Origin: an uncultured Gammaproteobacteria bacterium
GTDB taxonomy: Bacteria > Patescibacteriota > Patescibacteriia > UBA9934 > GWF2-40-263
Assembly (NCBI GenBank): GCA_964513275.1
Contig: CAZELN010000001.1
Location: 406-63,668 of the forward strand
DNA length: 63,263 nucleotides
Direction: 5' to 3'
Below, piece by piece: positions 30,710 through 39,147 of this stretch (position 1 is its first letter; every line of letters starts with the position of its first letter). Both the position numbers and the translations under genes were made by a program. The notes under the pieces were generated by a model. That model had not been told where the DNA came from. It searched no databases and saw only the letters and a program-made list of their open reading frames with translations.

Positions 30710-30738
30710 ACCATAGATTATCTGAGGGGAAAGGTCAA
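30710..30738 (-). promoter_or_regulatory. candidate sigma70-type promoter for the 76-aa gene
   Basis: On the minus strand: TTGACC (30738-30733), 17-nt spacer, TATGGT (30715-30710). Confidence 0.45.
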
Positions 30739-30769
30739 TCCAGTAAGCCTATGATAAAATACCGACTCT

Positions 30770-32866
30770 ATGAAAGAGTTTGTTTTACAAGATGACTTTG
30801 ACCTTTCGAAGGCTTCCATCGATTATCAACGCGAGCTCAATTCTGAGCAGCTGAATGTTGTTTTGAATGGCGATGGGGCGTGTTTGGTGCTTGCCGGGGC
30901 GGGATCGGGGAAGACGCGGACGATTACGTATCGCGTGGCGTATTTGTTGGAGCGGGGGGTGAGTCCTGAGAGCATTTTGCTTGTGACGTTTACGAATAAG
31001 GCGGCGAAGGAAATGTTGTCGCGGGTAGAGGAGTTGTTGGGACGATATCCGACCGGGCTTTGGGGCGGGACGTTTCATTCGATCGCCAATCGACTTTTGC
31101 GGATCTACGGATCGCAGCTTGGGTACTCAAGTAATTTTACGATCCTCGATCAGGAGGACGCGAAGTCGCTCATCAAGGTTTGCATCAAGGTGCTCAATGT
31201 CGATGTCACTTCCCGTCGTTTCCCGTCTCCCGCAAAGGTGCATGCCATGATCAGCTACGTCCAGAACTCGGGACGGGTTATGAGTGATGTGATCGAAAGC
31301 AAGTATCCAAGTTTCATGGAGATCTTGCCTATCATCGAGCACATCGCCGAGCTCTATGCTGACCGCAAGCGCCAGGCAGACGCCATGGACTTTGACGACC
31401 TCCTTTTGAAACTCCGCGATCTTCTCTATCACCACGAGGGCGTCCGTCAGAAGCTGGCTCATCAGTTCGAGTATGTTCTCGTCGACGAGTACCAGGACAC
31501 GAATGTTGTTCAAGCGGAGATTATCCGACAACTCGCGAGCGAGCATGGGAACGTGCTTGTCGTGGGCGATGATGCCCAGTCGATCTACTCCTTCCGTGCG
31601 GCCGAGATCCGAAACATCCTCGGGTTCCCGCAGACCTATGCCGACACCAAGACATTTCGACTCACGACGAACTACCGCTCAACTCCGGAGATCCTTGCGG
31701 TCGCCAATTCGTCGATCGTTCAAAATAGAGATCAGTTCAAAAAGGAACTAACGGCCGTGCGTGGTCCACTTGAGAAGCCAAGTTTAGTGCCAGCGAGCAA
31801 TGCGGCACAGGAGGCACAGTTTATTGCCCAGAAAATTTTGGCGCTACGGGAAGATGGGATGCCGCTTTCTGAGATGGCGGTCTTGTTCCGGGCGGCGTTT
31901 CATTCACAGACACTTGAGTTCGAGCTGATGAAACGTGACATTCCGTACGAGTATCGTGGAGGACTTAAATTTTTTGAGCGTGCACACGTCAAAGACATCG
32001 TCTCTCATTTGCGTATTCGACAGAACCCGAAAGATGAAGTCGCCTGGATGCGGATTTTGGGACTCTTGAATGGTGTGGGGCTTACGAGTGCGGAGACGAT
32101 GGCGTCACAGTTTAAAGATTACGAGTCGCTCGCTGAAATTTTGAGTGGCAATCCCAAGATTCCCAAGCGAGCGCACGTCGGCTGGGAAGGACTGCGTAAG
32201 ACCCTCGAAAAAATGGCGCGCGAAGAACATCCGGCCGAGCTCATTCGCGCCGTGATCGCTGGTGACTACCGTGACTATCTTGAGGCTGAGTATCCAGACT
32301 TTATGGATCGGCTTGAGGATCTCGAGCAGTTCGCGCTTTTTGCCGAAGGGTACACGAGTCTGCAGACATTCCTCGACGAGGTGTCGCTTACGGGGGAGTA
32401 CGGGGCGCTACGGGAAGAAGGTGGAGTTGAGGACGAAGAAAAAATGGTGCTCTCGACGATCCATCAGGCAAAAGGACTCGAATGGGACGCCGTGTTTGTG
32501 ATGCACTTAGTCGACGGGAAATTTCCGATTGGCGCGGCACTGGATGAAGACGGGGGACTGGAGGAAGAGCGCCGGCTTTTCTACGTCGCCACAACTCGCG
32601 CTCGAAAAGAATTGTTCTTCACCTATCCGATCACCAGCGGCTACGATACACTGATGCTCAGTCAGTCCTCGATGTTTTTGCAGGAGCTTCCCGACGGGTT
32701 GCTTGAGGAAGTAAAGCTGAAGGCCGCGATCTCGCATCCAGCGCACGGATCGTTCTCGGACTCGGAGTGGAATGACGGGCCCACGATCGTGTTTGATGAT
32801 TTTGGTGAGCATGTCCAGAAGCCCATGCAAAAAATGAGTTTTTTAAGAGACATTGATGAACTATGA
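30770..32866 (+). CDS. ATP-dependent DNA helicase, UvrD/PcrA family
   Basis: LAGAGSGKTRT (Walker A), VDEYQDTN, VVGDDAQSIYSFRAA, TNYRS, TIHQAKGLEWD, LFYVATTRA. Confidence 0.93.
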   Translation: MKEFVLQDDFDLSKASIDYQRELNSEQLNVVLNGDGACLVLAGAGSGKTRTITYRVAYLLERGVSPESILLVTFTNKAAKEMLSRVEELLGRYPTGLWGGTFHSIANRLLRIYGSQLGYSSNFTILDQEDAKSLIKVCIKVLNVDVTSRRFPSPAKVHAMISYVQNSGRVMSDVIESKYPSFMEILPIIEHIAELYADRKRQADAMDFDDLLLKLRDLLYHHEGVRQKLAHQFEYVLVDEYQDTNVVQAEIIRQLASEHGNVLVVGDDAQSIYSFRAAEIRNILGFPQTYADTKTFRLTTNYRSTPEILAVANSSIVQNRDQFKKELTAVRGPLEKPSLVPASNAAQEAQFIAQKILALREDGMPLSEMAVLFRAAFHSQTLEFELMKRDIPYEYRGGLKFFERAHVKDIVSHLRIRQNPKDEVAWMRILGLLNGVGLTSAETMASQFKDYESLAEILSGNPKIPKRAHVGWEGLRKTLEKMAREEHPAELIRAVIAGDYRDYLEAEYPDFMDRLEDLEQFALFAEGYTSLQTFLDEVSLTGEYGALREEGGVEDEEKMVLSTIHQAKGLEWDAVFVMHLVDGKFPIGAALDEDGGLEEERRLFYVATTRARKELFFTYPITSGYDTLMLSQSSMFLQELPDGLLEEVKLKAAISHPAHGSFSDSEWNDGPTIVFDDFGEHVQKPMQKMSFLRDIDEL

Positions 32867-32925
32867 GGGAAGACGATTATTGAAGCTTCAGTGCATTTAT
32901 GCTATTCTTTCACTAAAGAAACCAT

Positions 32926-33135
32926 ATGCCAGCCATTGATTGGACAAATTTGTTTCAAGACTACAAAGGCCTGTGGGTTGCTCTTAAAGAGGACGAACGT
33001 ACAGTCGTTGGAAGTGGAAAAACGCTCAAGGAAGCTCTTGAGCATGCGCATGCTTCCGGGTTTTCACAACCGATCGTTACGCATGTTCCTGAGAAGTTGG
33101 TGACCTTCATTGGCTCGTATGATTTTTCGGTATAA
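32926..33135 (+). CDS. DUF5678-like small protein
   Basis: 69 aa, YKGLWVALKEDERTVVGSGKTLKEALEHA. Its stop overlaps the start of the aspartic protease gene. Confidence 0.55.
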   Translation: MPAIDWTNLFQDYKGLWVALKEDERTVVGSGKTLKEALEHAHASGFSQPIVTHVPEKLVTFIGSYDFSV

Positions 33136-33517
33136 GAACGTTCAGGGAGTTTTACGTCCCATCATTCCAATCAAGATTCAGTATAGGAACCGCTCCGTAA
33201 TCTATGAAGTGCTTGTAGATTCAGGAGCGGATATTTGTATGTTTGACGGTGAGGTCGGCGACGCCCTCGGCATTCCATTTTTTGACGGCCGTCCGGGTGA
33301 GGTTGTCGGTGTTACAGGGGTCGTGAAACCCTATTACATCCATCCCGTTACCATCTCGGTTGGCGGGCTGACGTTTGAGATCGAGGCCGGGTTTCTCTCA
33401 AACGTGAGTCGCTTCGGTTATGGCGTTGTCGGACAGCGAGGATTTTTTGATCAGTTTGTTGTGTCGTTCGATTTTTTGAATGGAGAGCTTGCCGTTCTAG
33501 AAAGGGCGACGATATGA
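33119..33517 (+). CDS. retropepsin-like aspartic protease
   Basis: VLVDSGADICMF catalytic D-S/T-G motif, about 130 aa. Confidence 0.7.
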   Translation: MIFRYKNVQGVLRPIIPIKIQYRNRSVIYEVLVDSGADICMFDGEVGDALGIPFFDGRPGEVVGVTGVVKPYYIHPVTISVGGLTFEIEAGFLSNVSRFGYGVVGQRGFFDQFVVSFDFLNGELAVLERATI

Positions 33518-33837
33518 GAGACGACGAACGCGATAAATTGAAAGACTCTGGATATTGCGAACACGGGAATAAGCCGTCGACGTGTTTGGTGTGTAAAAAA
33601 CGAGAAGAACAAGAGGGTGAGATTGCACAGCAAGAACAGAAGGTCGGTCAGGCCAAGTCCATGATCGAATCGATTGGTGGAACCATCGATTCAGATACAC
33701 GTCCATTCAAACAGTTCGACGAAAAAAACATGAACGGTTCTTTATTCAAAAAGGAGAACTCCAGAATCAGGCGGTCGTATTCAAGGTCGGTGAAACAGCC
33801 AGCGCTGACCGACTTCGCGATGAATCCAGGAACATGA
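33514..33837 (+). CDS. hypothetical protein with a CxH...CxxC knuckle
   Basis: ATGA overlap with the upstream gene. CEHGNKPSTCLVCKK. Confidence 0.45.
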   Translation: MRDDERDKLKDSGYCEHGNKPSTCLVCKKREEQEGEIAQQEQKVGQAKSMIESIGGTIDSDTRPFKQFDEKNMNGSLFKKENSRIRRSYSRSVKQPALTDFAMNPGT

Positions 33838-34199
33838 AGCTTTTGGAGACCGCGCAGTCGGGTCTTGAGCATCCGCTTGATATCCACATTGTCCGACAAG
33901 TAGGGGAGATGTTTGCAGGAGATGCAATGACGGGTCTTGCCACGGAATACCTTGAAGATGATCCGTCGCTCAAAGCAGAACTACCAGCTAATCAAAAGAT
34001 TCAAATTATCGGTCAAGTGATTGAGAATCTACAAAAGATTCCTGTATCAAGAGACGTGATCCAACAGAGCGGCCTAGACGTTCATGATGCACAAAAGATT
34101 TCGATGGATGGGGAACATTTTGTTGATGTCCTCGAGGAGCAGGGATTTTTCGACTCTGAGCTAGCTGGGAAATTGTTGGATAAATGTACGACATGTTGA
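33834..34199 (+). CDS. hypothetical acidic protein
   Basis: ATGA overlap with the upstream gene. No family recognised. Confidence 0.45.
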   Translation: MKLLETAQSGLEHPLDIHIVRQVGEMFAGDAMTGLATEYLEDDPSLKAELPANQKIQIIGQVIENLQKIPVSRDVIQQSGLDVHDAQKISMDGEHFVDVLEEQGFFDSELAGKLLDKCTTC

Positions 34200-34306
34200 C
34201 TCGCATCATGGCCGGGCGTGACAGTACACATCCACTCCAAAAGGTTCGTGTCGAATTTTATCGGGATCTCCTCAAGGAGGAATTTGAACAACTCTAACAT
34301 CAATCT

Positions 34307-35458
34307 ATGAATTACAGTGAAGCGTCGCTTGAGATGCACAAGCGTTATAAGGGAAAACTTTCCGTCGAGTCGGTTGTTCCGATCGAAAATAAAGAAGACC
34401 TCTCAACGGCTTACACACCAGGCGTGGCTGAGCCATGCCGGGTTATTGCAGCCGACAAAGAACGTGCCTGGGATCTGACGATCAAGGGGCGCACGGTCGC
34501 AGTCGTCACAGACGGGTCAGCCGTTTTAGGTCTCGGGAATATTGGTCCGGAGGCTGGACTCCCGGTCATGGAGGGGAAGGCGGCGCTGTTTAAGCGCTTT
34601 GCTGGAGTCGACGCGTTTCCGATTTGTCTTGCCACGCAGGATGTCGACGAGATCGTTCAAACGGTCAAACGCATTGCTCCTGGCTTTGGGGGGATTAACC
34701 TGGAGGACATTGCGGCACCCGCGTGTTTTGAAGTAGAGCGTCGACTCATCGAAGAACTCGACATCCCGGTCATGCACGACGACCAGCATGGCACGGCTGT
34801 GGTGGTGCTGGCGGGATTGTTGAATGCACTGAAGGTCGTGGGCAAGAAGCTCGAAGATGTATCGGTGGTCATCTCAGGAGCTGGTGCTGGCGGAATGGGG
34901 GTGACGCACCTGTTGTTCGAGGCGGGTCTGCAGAAGCTCACGATGGTGGACTCCAAAGGAATCATCGCTCCAGGCCGTGAAGGGATGAACTCGTACAAAG
35001 AGGATCTCGCTGTGCGGATCAATCCAGAAGGACGAACAGGCAGCCTCGCGGATGCACTGGTGGGGGCAGATGTCTTCATTGGGGTGAGCCAGCCAGGACT
35101 CGTCACGGCAGATATGGTGTCCACCATGGCGCCGCGGGCGATCGTGTTTGCGATGGCTAATCCCATCCCTGAAATCATGCCAGATGAGGCGCTCGCGGGC
35201 GGTGCCGCGGTGGTCGCGACGGGGCGGTCAGATTTTCCCAATCAGGTGAATAACGTCTTGGCGTTTCCTGGAATTTTTAAAGGGGCGCTCGAAGGGAGGC
35301 TCCGTCGTATTACACCAGCGATGCGAGTCGCTGCGGCGCACGCACTCGCAAAGCTTGTTCCAGAACCAACAAACGAGAAGATCATGCCGTCCCCGTTTGA
35401 GCCAGGACTCGCGGACGTTGTCGCAGAGGCAGTAAAACGAGTTGCCTCGTATGGTTAG
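34307..35458 (+). CDS. NAD(P)-dependent malic enzyme (short form)
   Basis: YTPGVAEPCRVIA, VVTDGSAVLGLGNIGPEAGLPVMEGKAALFK, GINLEDIAAP, HDDQHGTAVV, NNVLAFPGIFKGAL. Confidence 0.92.
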   Translation: MNYSEASLEMHKRYKGKLSVESVVPIENKEDLSTAYTPGVAEPCRVIAADKERAWDLTIKGRTVAVVTDGSAVLGLGNIGPEAGLPVMEGKAALFKRFAGVDAFPICLATQDVDEIVQTVKRIAPGFGGINLEDIAAPACFEVERRLIEELDIPVMHDDQHGTAVVVLAGLLNALKVVGKKLEDVSVVISGAGAGGMGVTHLLFEAGLQKLTMVDSKGIIAPGREGMNSYKEDLAVRINPEGRTGSLADALVGADVFIGVSQPGLVTADMVSTMAPRAIVFAMANPIPEIMPDEALAGGAAVVATGRSDFPNQVNNVLAFPGIFKGALEGRLRRITPAMRVAAAHALAKLVPEPTNEKIMPSPFEPGLADVVAEAVKRVASYG

Positions 35459-36008
35459 CGATCGGAACAATCGCAGACACCGGTGGGGATCTACGACTGT
35501 GACGGCCGTTTCCGTGGTCGTGCTGTTTATTGTGTTCATCGTTGCAGTGCGATGGTTTCGTTCCGAACCCATTCCAGAAGAGGAAGAAGTTGTTTCGTCG
35601 ATTGTCGATATTCTTAAGCCCGACCCGATCTCGCAGGCGGTGATCGATGGAGCGATTGATACACAGAGTCGGGAGACGACGCTTTATTGGATCGCTAGCG
35701 GCGAGCGCGTAGGAGCCGCGACGCGTGGAGAGAAGGACGACCGCTACTATTTTGAAATGAAAACATCGCTCCCTGAGATTGATCGGGAACTTTCGTATTA
35801 TCAAGTCTGGCTCTTGAGTCGACTCCCTTACGATTTCTTTTCGCTGGGTGAGATGGTGACGGATGAAGATGGATATTTTGTGCTTGAGTGGGAAGCGCCG
35901 GACGCTGAAGACTACTCGAGCTATACGCAGGTGATTATTACGGTAAATCAGTACGAAGGAAGTGTAGATCCAGGGGTGCATTTGGTTGAAGGGGAGTTTG
36001 GGAATTAG
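35442..36008 (+). CDS. hypothetical membrane-anchored protein
   Basis: One N-terminal TM. The start may be ATG 35451. Confidence 0.45.
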   Translation: MPRMVSDRNNRRHRWGSTTVTAVSVVVLFIVFIVAVRWFRSEPIPEEEEVVSSIVDILKPDPISQAVIDGAIDTQSRETTLYWIASGERVGAATRGEKDDRYYFEMKTSLPEIDRELSYYQVWLLSRLPYDFFSLGEMVTDEDGYFVLEWEAPDAEDYSSYTQVIITVNQYEGSVDPGVHLVEGEFGN

Positions 36009-37234
36009 ATTTCATGGTCGAAATGGAAGCCGCTTGAACGTGATTTGAAATCCGCCCGGAGCGTGGCTCCGCGTTTCCAGACGCCTGAGCCAAAACGACT
36101 CTGGATTTCATCTAAAGCATGAAGAACGGAATGCATCTTTCGGTCTTTTTTGAATAACGAGGGTTGGATTGAGCCTTGAGACAGGAGGGATGCGGAAAGT
36201 CCGATGAGACGGACGTCCACAAGACAGATCGGTTCAAGAATCCTCCACGCCATCTGGAACAATCGCATGCCATCGGCGGTGGGTTCCTGGAAGGTACGCT
36301 GTTCTCCGTGGCCTGTGAAATCTCCGAAGCGAACGAAGGTGGTCACTCGTCGCGCCGCAACCCCATCGCGCCGCATACGCCAGCCGACTTTGTCTGCCAA
36401 CCCAAAGAGATACCGTTTAAGCGTGCGTGGGTCGCTGGTGTTTTGTGGAAGGGTGTAGGCGTGGCCATATGATTTGGCTTCTGTGTCGCCGGCAGAGTGC
36501 ATGTGTCCTCTGGTAGGAGAGACGATGACAGACGAATCACGTCCCCAGGCCGCTTCATGGAGCCAGATGCCGTAGTGATGAAACTCGCGTTCGAGATCCT
36601 TGAGAGGGAACTCGCGTAGTTGCGAGAATGTCTCAATTCCGAGCTCGGAGAGTCGGTGGCGAATGCGTGGACCAATGCCGCAGATATCGTCGAGTTCGGA
36701 TTCGTCGAGTAAAGCCAAGACGTTTTGTGGCCGCGCGACGGTGAGACCGTTTGGTTTCACGTGTCCAGAAGCAAGCTTGGCCATGAGTTTGTTTGGCGCG
36801 ATGCCGATGGAGGCGGTAATGCGTTCCCCGAGTTCGTCGTGGAGTCGTGCACGAATCGCTTGGGCCATGCAGGTGGCGCCGAAATAATCCTCCGCTTCTT
36901 CCGTAATATCGAGAAAACTTTCGTCTACACTAAACGGCTCCACGTGAGGCGTGAACGATTCATAGATGGCGTTAAAACGATGCGTGATGTCGGAGTATTT
37001 TTCTGGATCACCGAGCCAGAGAATAATCGATGGACAAATCTTTTTCGCTTCCCAGGTTGACATTGTCGTTTTGACGCCCAGCCGCTTTGCTTCGATCGAC
37101 GCGGTTGCGACGATAGAGCGTTCTTGGTTCTTACCCGTGATCCCAATGGGCTTCCCACGCAAAAACGGATTCGCCTGCTGCTCCACACTTGCAAAATAGG
37201 AGTTCATGTCAATGTGAAGAATGATTCGCTCCAT
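36005..37234 (-). CDS. dinB: DNA polymerase IV (Y-family)
   Basis: ILHIDMNSYFASVEQQANPFLRGKPIGI, SVDESFLDIT, GIAPNKLMAKLAS. Confidence 0.93.
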   Translation of the reverse strand: MERIILHIDMNSYFASVEQQANPFLRGKPIGITGKNQERSIVATASIEAKRLGVKTTMSTWEAKKICPSIILWLGDPEKYSDITHRFNAIYESFTPHVEPFSVDESFLDITEEAEDYFGATCMAQAIRARLHDELGERITASIGIAPNKLMAKLASGHVKPNGLTVARPQNVLALLDESELDDICGIGPRIRHRLSELGIETFSQLREFPLKDLEREFHHYGIWLHEAAWGRDSSVIVSPTRGHMHSAGDTEAKSYGHAYTLPQNTSDPRTLKRYLFGLADKVGWRMRRDGVAARRVTTFVRFGDFTGHGEQRTFQEPTADGMRLFQMAWRILEPICLVDVRLIGLSASLLSQGSIQPSLFKKDRKMHSVLHALDEIQSRFGSGVWKRGATLRADFKSRSSGFHFDHEI

Positions 37235-37242
37235 GATCTTTG

Positions 37243-37491
37243 CTATCCATCCGTATAAAGTTCCACCAACCGCCACTCGAGGAACTCGGGATCGAGTTTG
37301 AGCTTGAAGTAATTAGCCGCGTCGGAGACGGAGAAATAGAAGATACGTTTGTGGCCCTCGCGCGCGGTGTGGACGAGGTTCACCTGATCGAGTTTGTACT
37401 CGCGTTCGTTCCAACGTATGGCACGTGGAAGCACACGGTTGTCCTTGAACGCGACGGTTACATCAATTGGATCATTGAGTATTTCATGCAT
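37243..37491 (-). CDS. small conserved-looking protein (82 aa), possibly of the DUF6504 type seen beside translesion polymerases
   Basis: PRAIRWNEREYKLDQV...RIFYFSVSDAANYFKLKLDPEFLEWRLVELY. Lies 8 nt upstream of dinB. The family assignment is from memory and uncertain. Confidence 0.5.
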   Translation of the reverse strand: MHEILNDPIDVTVAFKDNRVLPRAIRWNEREYKLDQVNLVHTAREGHKRIFYFSVSDAANYFKLKLDPEFLEWRLVELYTDG

Positions 37492-37663
37492 ACGCGACAG
37501 GACTTATGGTGCGACGGTCGATCATTTGGCGGATCGCCTGTTTGAATCGGCGTCGGCTCGTTCGGATTTTAAGGGCACGTAGTCCTTTCACGATCCTTTT
37601 ATCTTTCTGACGTGGAAGGAACGCGAGCGTGTTGATGTGGTATTTGAGCGTGGTGGTAGACAT
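37484..37663 (-). CDS. hypothetical basic 59-aa protein (possible ribbon-helix-helix)
   Basis: Not in the ORF track (under 60 aa). ATG 37663, with a stop overlapping the next start by 8 nt (ATGCATGA). MSTTTLKYHINTLAFLPRQKDKRIVKGLRALKIRTSRRRFKQAIRQMIDRRTISPVAYA. Confidence 0.4.
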   Translation of the reverse strand: MSTTTLKYHINTLAFLPRQKDKRIVKGLRALKIRTSRRRFKQAIRQMIDRRTISPVAYA

Positions 37664-37747
37664 AGACGTAATTTTGACAAATTAAAACCCCACGGCCAGG
37701 TGTGGATCCCTTCACACCTCGTCATGGGATCTCAGTTCACCAAATCG

Positions 37748-38362
37748 TTACACAGGTTGAAATTTTCGAATCACGGCGCGTACGACACCTTGGATAATGC
37801 AGTCTTGGACATAGATCGGTTCCATGGTGCTGTTTGCGGGCTGAAGACGGATTCTGTTTCGTTCGCGATGAAAGCGTTTGAGCGTGGCAAATGCATTGTC
37901 CAGAAGTGCCACGACGACTTCACCGTTACGCGGACTCGGGTTTCGTTCAATGACTACGAAGTCGCCATCCAGAATCCCGTCTTCGATCATGGAACGTCCT
38001 TTCACGCGCAAGACGTATGAGTTTGCCCCGTCGAGCACGAAATCTGCTGGCACAGCCATGGCTTCATTATCTTGGACAGCCTCGATAGGTTCTCCAGCGG
38101 TAATGAGTCCCATTAAAGGCAGCAGGATCGAAGATCCAGAGGAAGTTTCCGCAACGAGTTCGATAGATCGTGCCTCGCCATCTTCTCCGGCTGTGATGAG
38201 GCCTTTTTCCAGAAGCGCCTGCACGTGGCCGTGTACGGTTGCAGGGGAGGAAAGACCAAAGTGATCGGCGATCTCCCGGTACGAAGGGGCGTAGCCGTTG
38301 TTCTCTAGATGTTCGCGTATGAAGTCCAGAACTTCAGATTGTTTTTTAGTAATAGGTGGCAT
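37748..38362 (-). CDS. lexA: LexA repressor
   Basis: wHTH N-terminus (YAPSYREIADHFGLSSPATVHGHVQALLEKGLI). S24 peptidase with a Ser (VKGRSM) and Lys (TLKRF) dyad. Confidence 0.93.
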   Translation of the reverse strand: MPPITKKQSEVLDFIREHLENNGYAPSYREIADHFGLSSPATVHGHVQALLEKGLITAGEDGEARSIELVAETSSGSSILLPLMGLITAGEPIEAVQDNEAMAVPADFVLDGANSYVLRVKGRSMIEDGILDGDFVVIERNPSPRNGEVVVALLDNAFATLKRFHRERNRIRLQPANSTMEPIYVQDCIIQGVVRAVIRKFQPV

Positions 38363-38369
38363 AGAGGTT

Positions 38370-38411
38370 GTTCGCTTTATGTTCGTATAGTAGCCCGAAC
38401 AAAAACCGAAC
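38370..38411. promoter_or_regulatory. nested inverted repeat, candidate LexA operator pair
   Basis: GTTCG-N6-GTTCG-N10-CGAAC-N6-CGAAC, with both pairs centred on 38390.5. It lies 8 nt upstream of the lexA start. Confidence 0.55.
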
Positions 38412-38422
38412 GCAATAGACGA

Positions 38423-38882
38423 GTGTGGATAAGTCGATCAGAAGATCCGACTGATATTGCTCTTGAGAAGGCGACACAGGCGTATAAAAAATTTCGCAAG
38501 CCGCTTCTGGTTGAGGACTCAGGATTCTTTATCGATGCGCTCGGTGGATTTCCCATGACGCATGTCAAGTTTTCGCTGAAAACTTTGGGCATCGAGGGAA
38601 TTCTCCGTGCCATGCGCGGCACCAAGAATCGAAATTGTGAATGGCACATGACGCTCGCCTATGTCTGGGATCGCCCAGAAGCCTCATCGGGTGCTCCGTC
38701 CAATGATGTCCGACTACTGGCGCCTGTACGTTCCAAAGTAATTGAACGTAAAAAATACAAAGACGCTTTCTGATATGAGTGAGAAAGACATGGAAGAGTG
38801 GATGGACTATTTCTCAAGGAACAATCATTTTTTGCAACTCGGGAAGTGGCTCAGCAAAGCATCACCGCATGCTTTTCGATGA
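38423..38882 (+). pseudogene. Ham1/ITPase-family (non-canonical NTP pyrophosphatase) gene remnant
   Basis: The central part matches the family well (KPLLVEDSGFFIDALGGFP...GIEGILRAMRGTKNRNCEWHMTLAYV). The N-terminal 35 aa or so are missing, and the C-terminal part is recognisable only in shifted frames (fragment 38775-38882). Confidence 0.45.
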
Positions 38883-39147
38883 CGGTTAAAAATTCTGGAT
38901 CCACAGAGCGCATATCAACGACATCAACGGAAAACGGGAGATCGGATTCAGAGAAGGCTTCTGTGAGTTGGGCGCGGGTTTTGAAATCGAGCGGAGCATC
39001 TGCACGAATGGCAAGATCAGCATCAGAGGAAGGGATCGCTGTTCCATTGGCACGCGATCCAAATAAAAAAACATCAGCGTTTGGAATGATCTGTTTGACG
39101 ATTTTGCAGATCATATCCTGGTGACGTTCCTGAAGCGATTCATTCAT
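38851..39147 (-). CDS. minimal nucleotidyltransferase (MNT) antitoxin
   Basis: LFGSRANGTAIPSSDADLAI is the GS...D.D signature. 8-nt overlap with the HEPN gene. Confidence 0.8.
   Translation of the reverse strand: MNESLQERHQDMICKIVKQIIPNADVFLFGSRANGTAIPSSDADLAIRADAPLDFKTRAQLTEAFSESDLPFSVDVVDMRSVDPEFLTVIEKHAVMLC

Noticed and set aside
34184-34297. 37-aa ORF MYDMLTRIMAGRDSTHPLQKVRVEFYRDLLKEEFEQL in the spacer before the malic enzyme gene, faintly like a MazG-type N-terminus
   Set aside because: It is too short and the similarity too vague. It is possibly a gene remnant but cannot be supported from sequence alone.
37664-37747. A second LexA box between lexA and orf59 (GTTCaccaaatCGTT)
   Set aside because: The second half-site is out of register (N8, GTTA), so it does not match GTTC-N7-GTTC.
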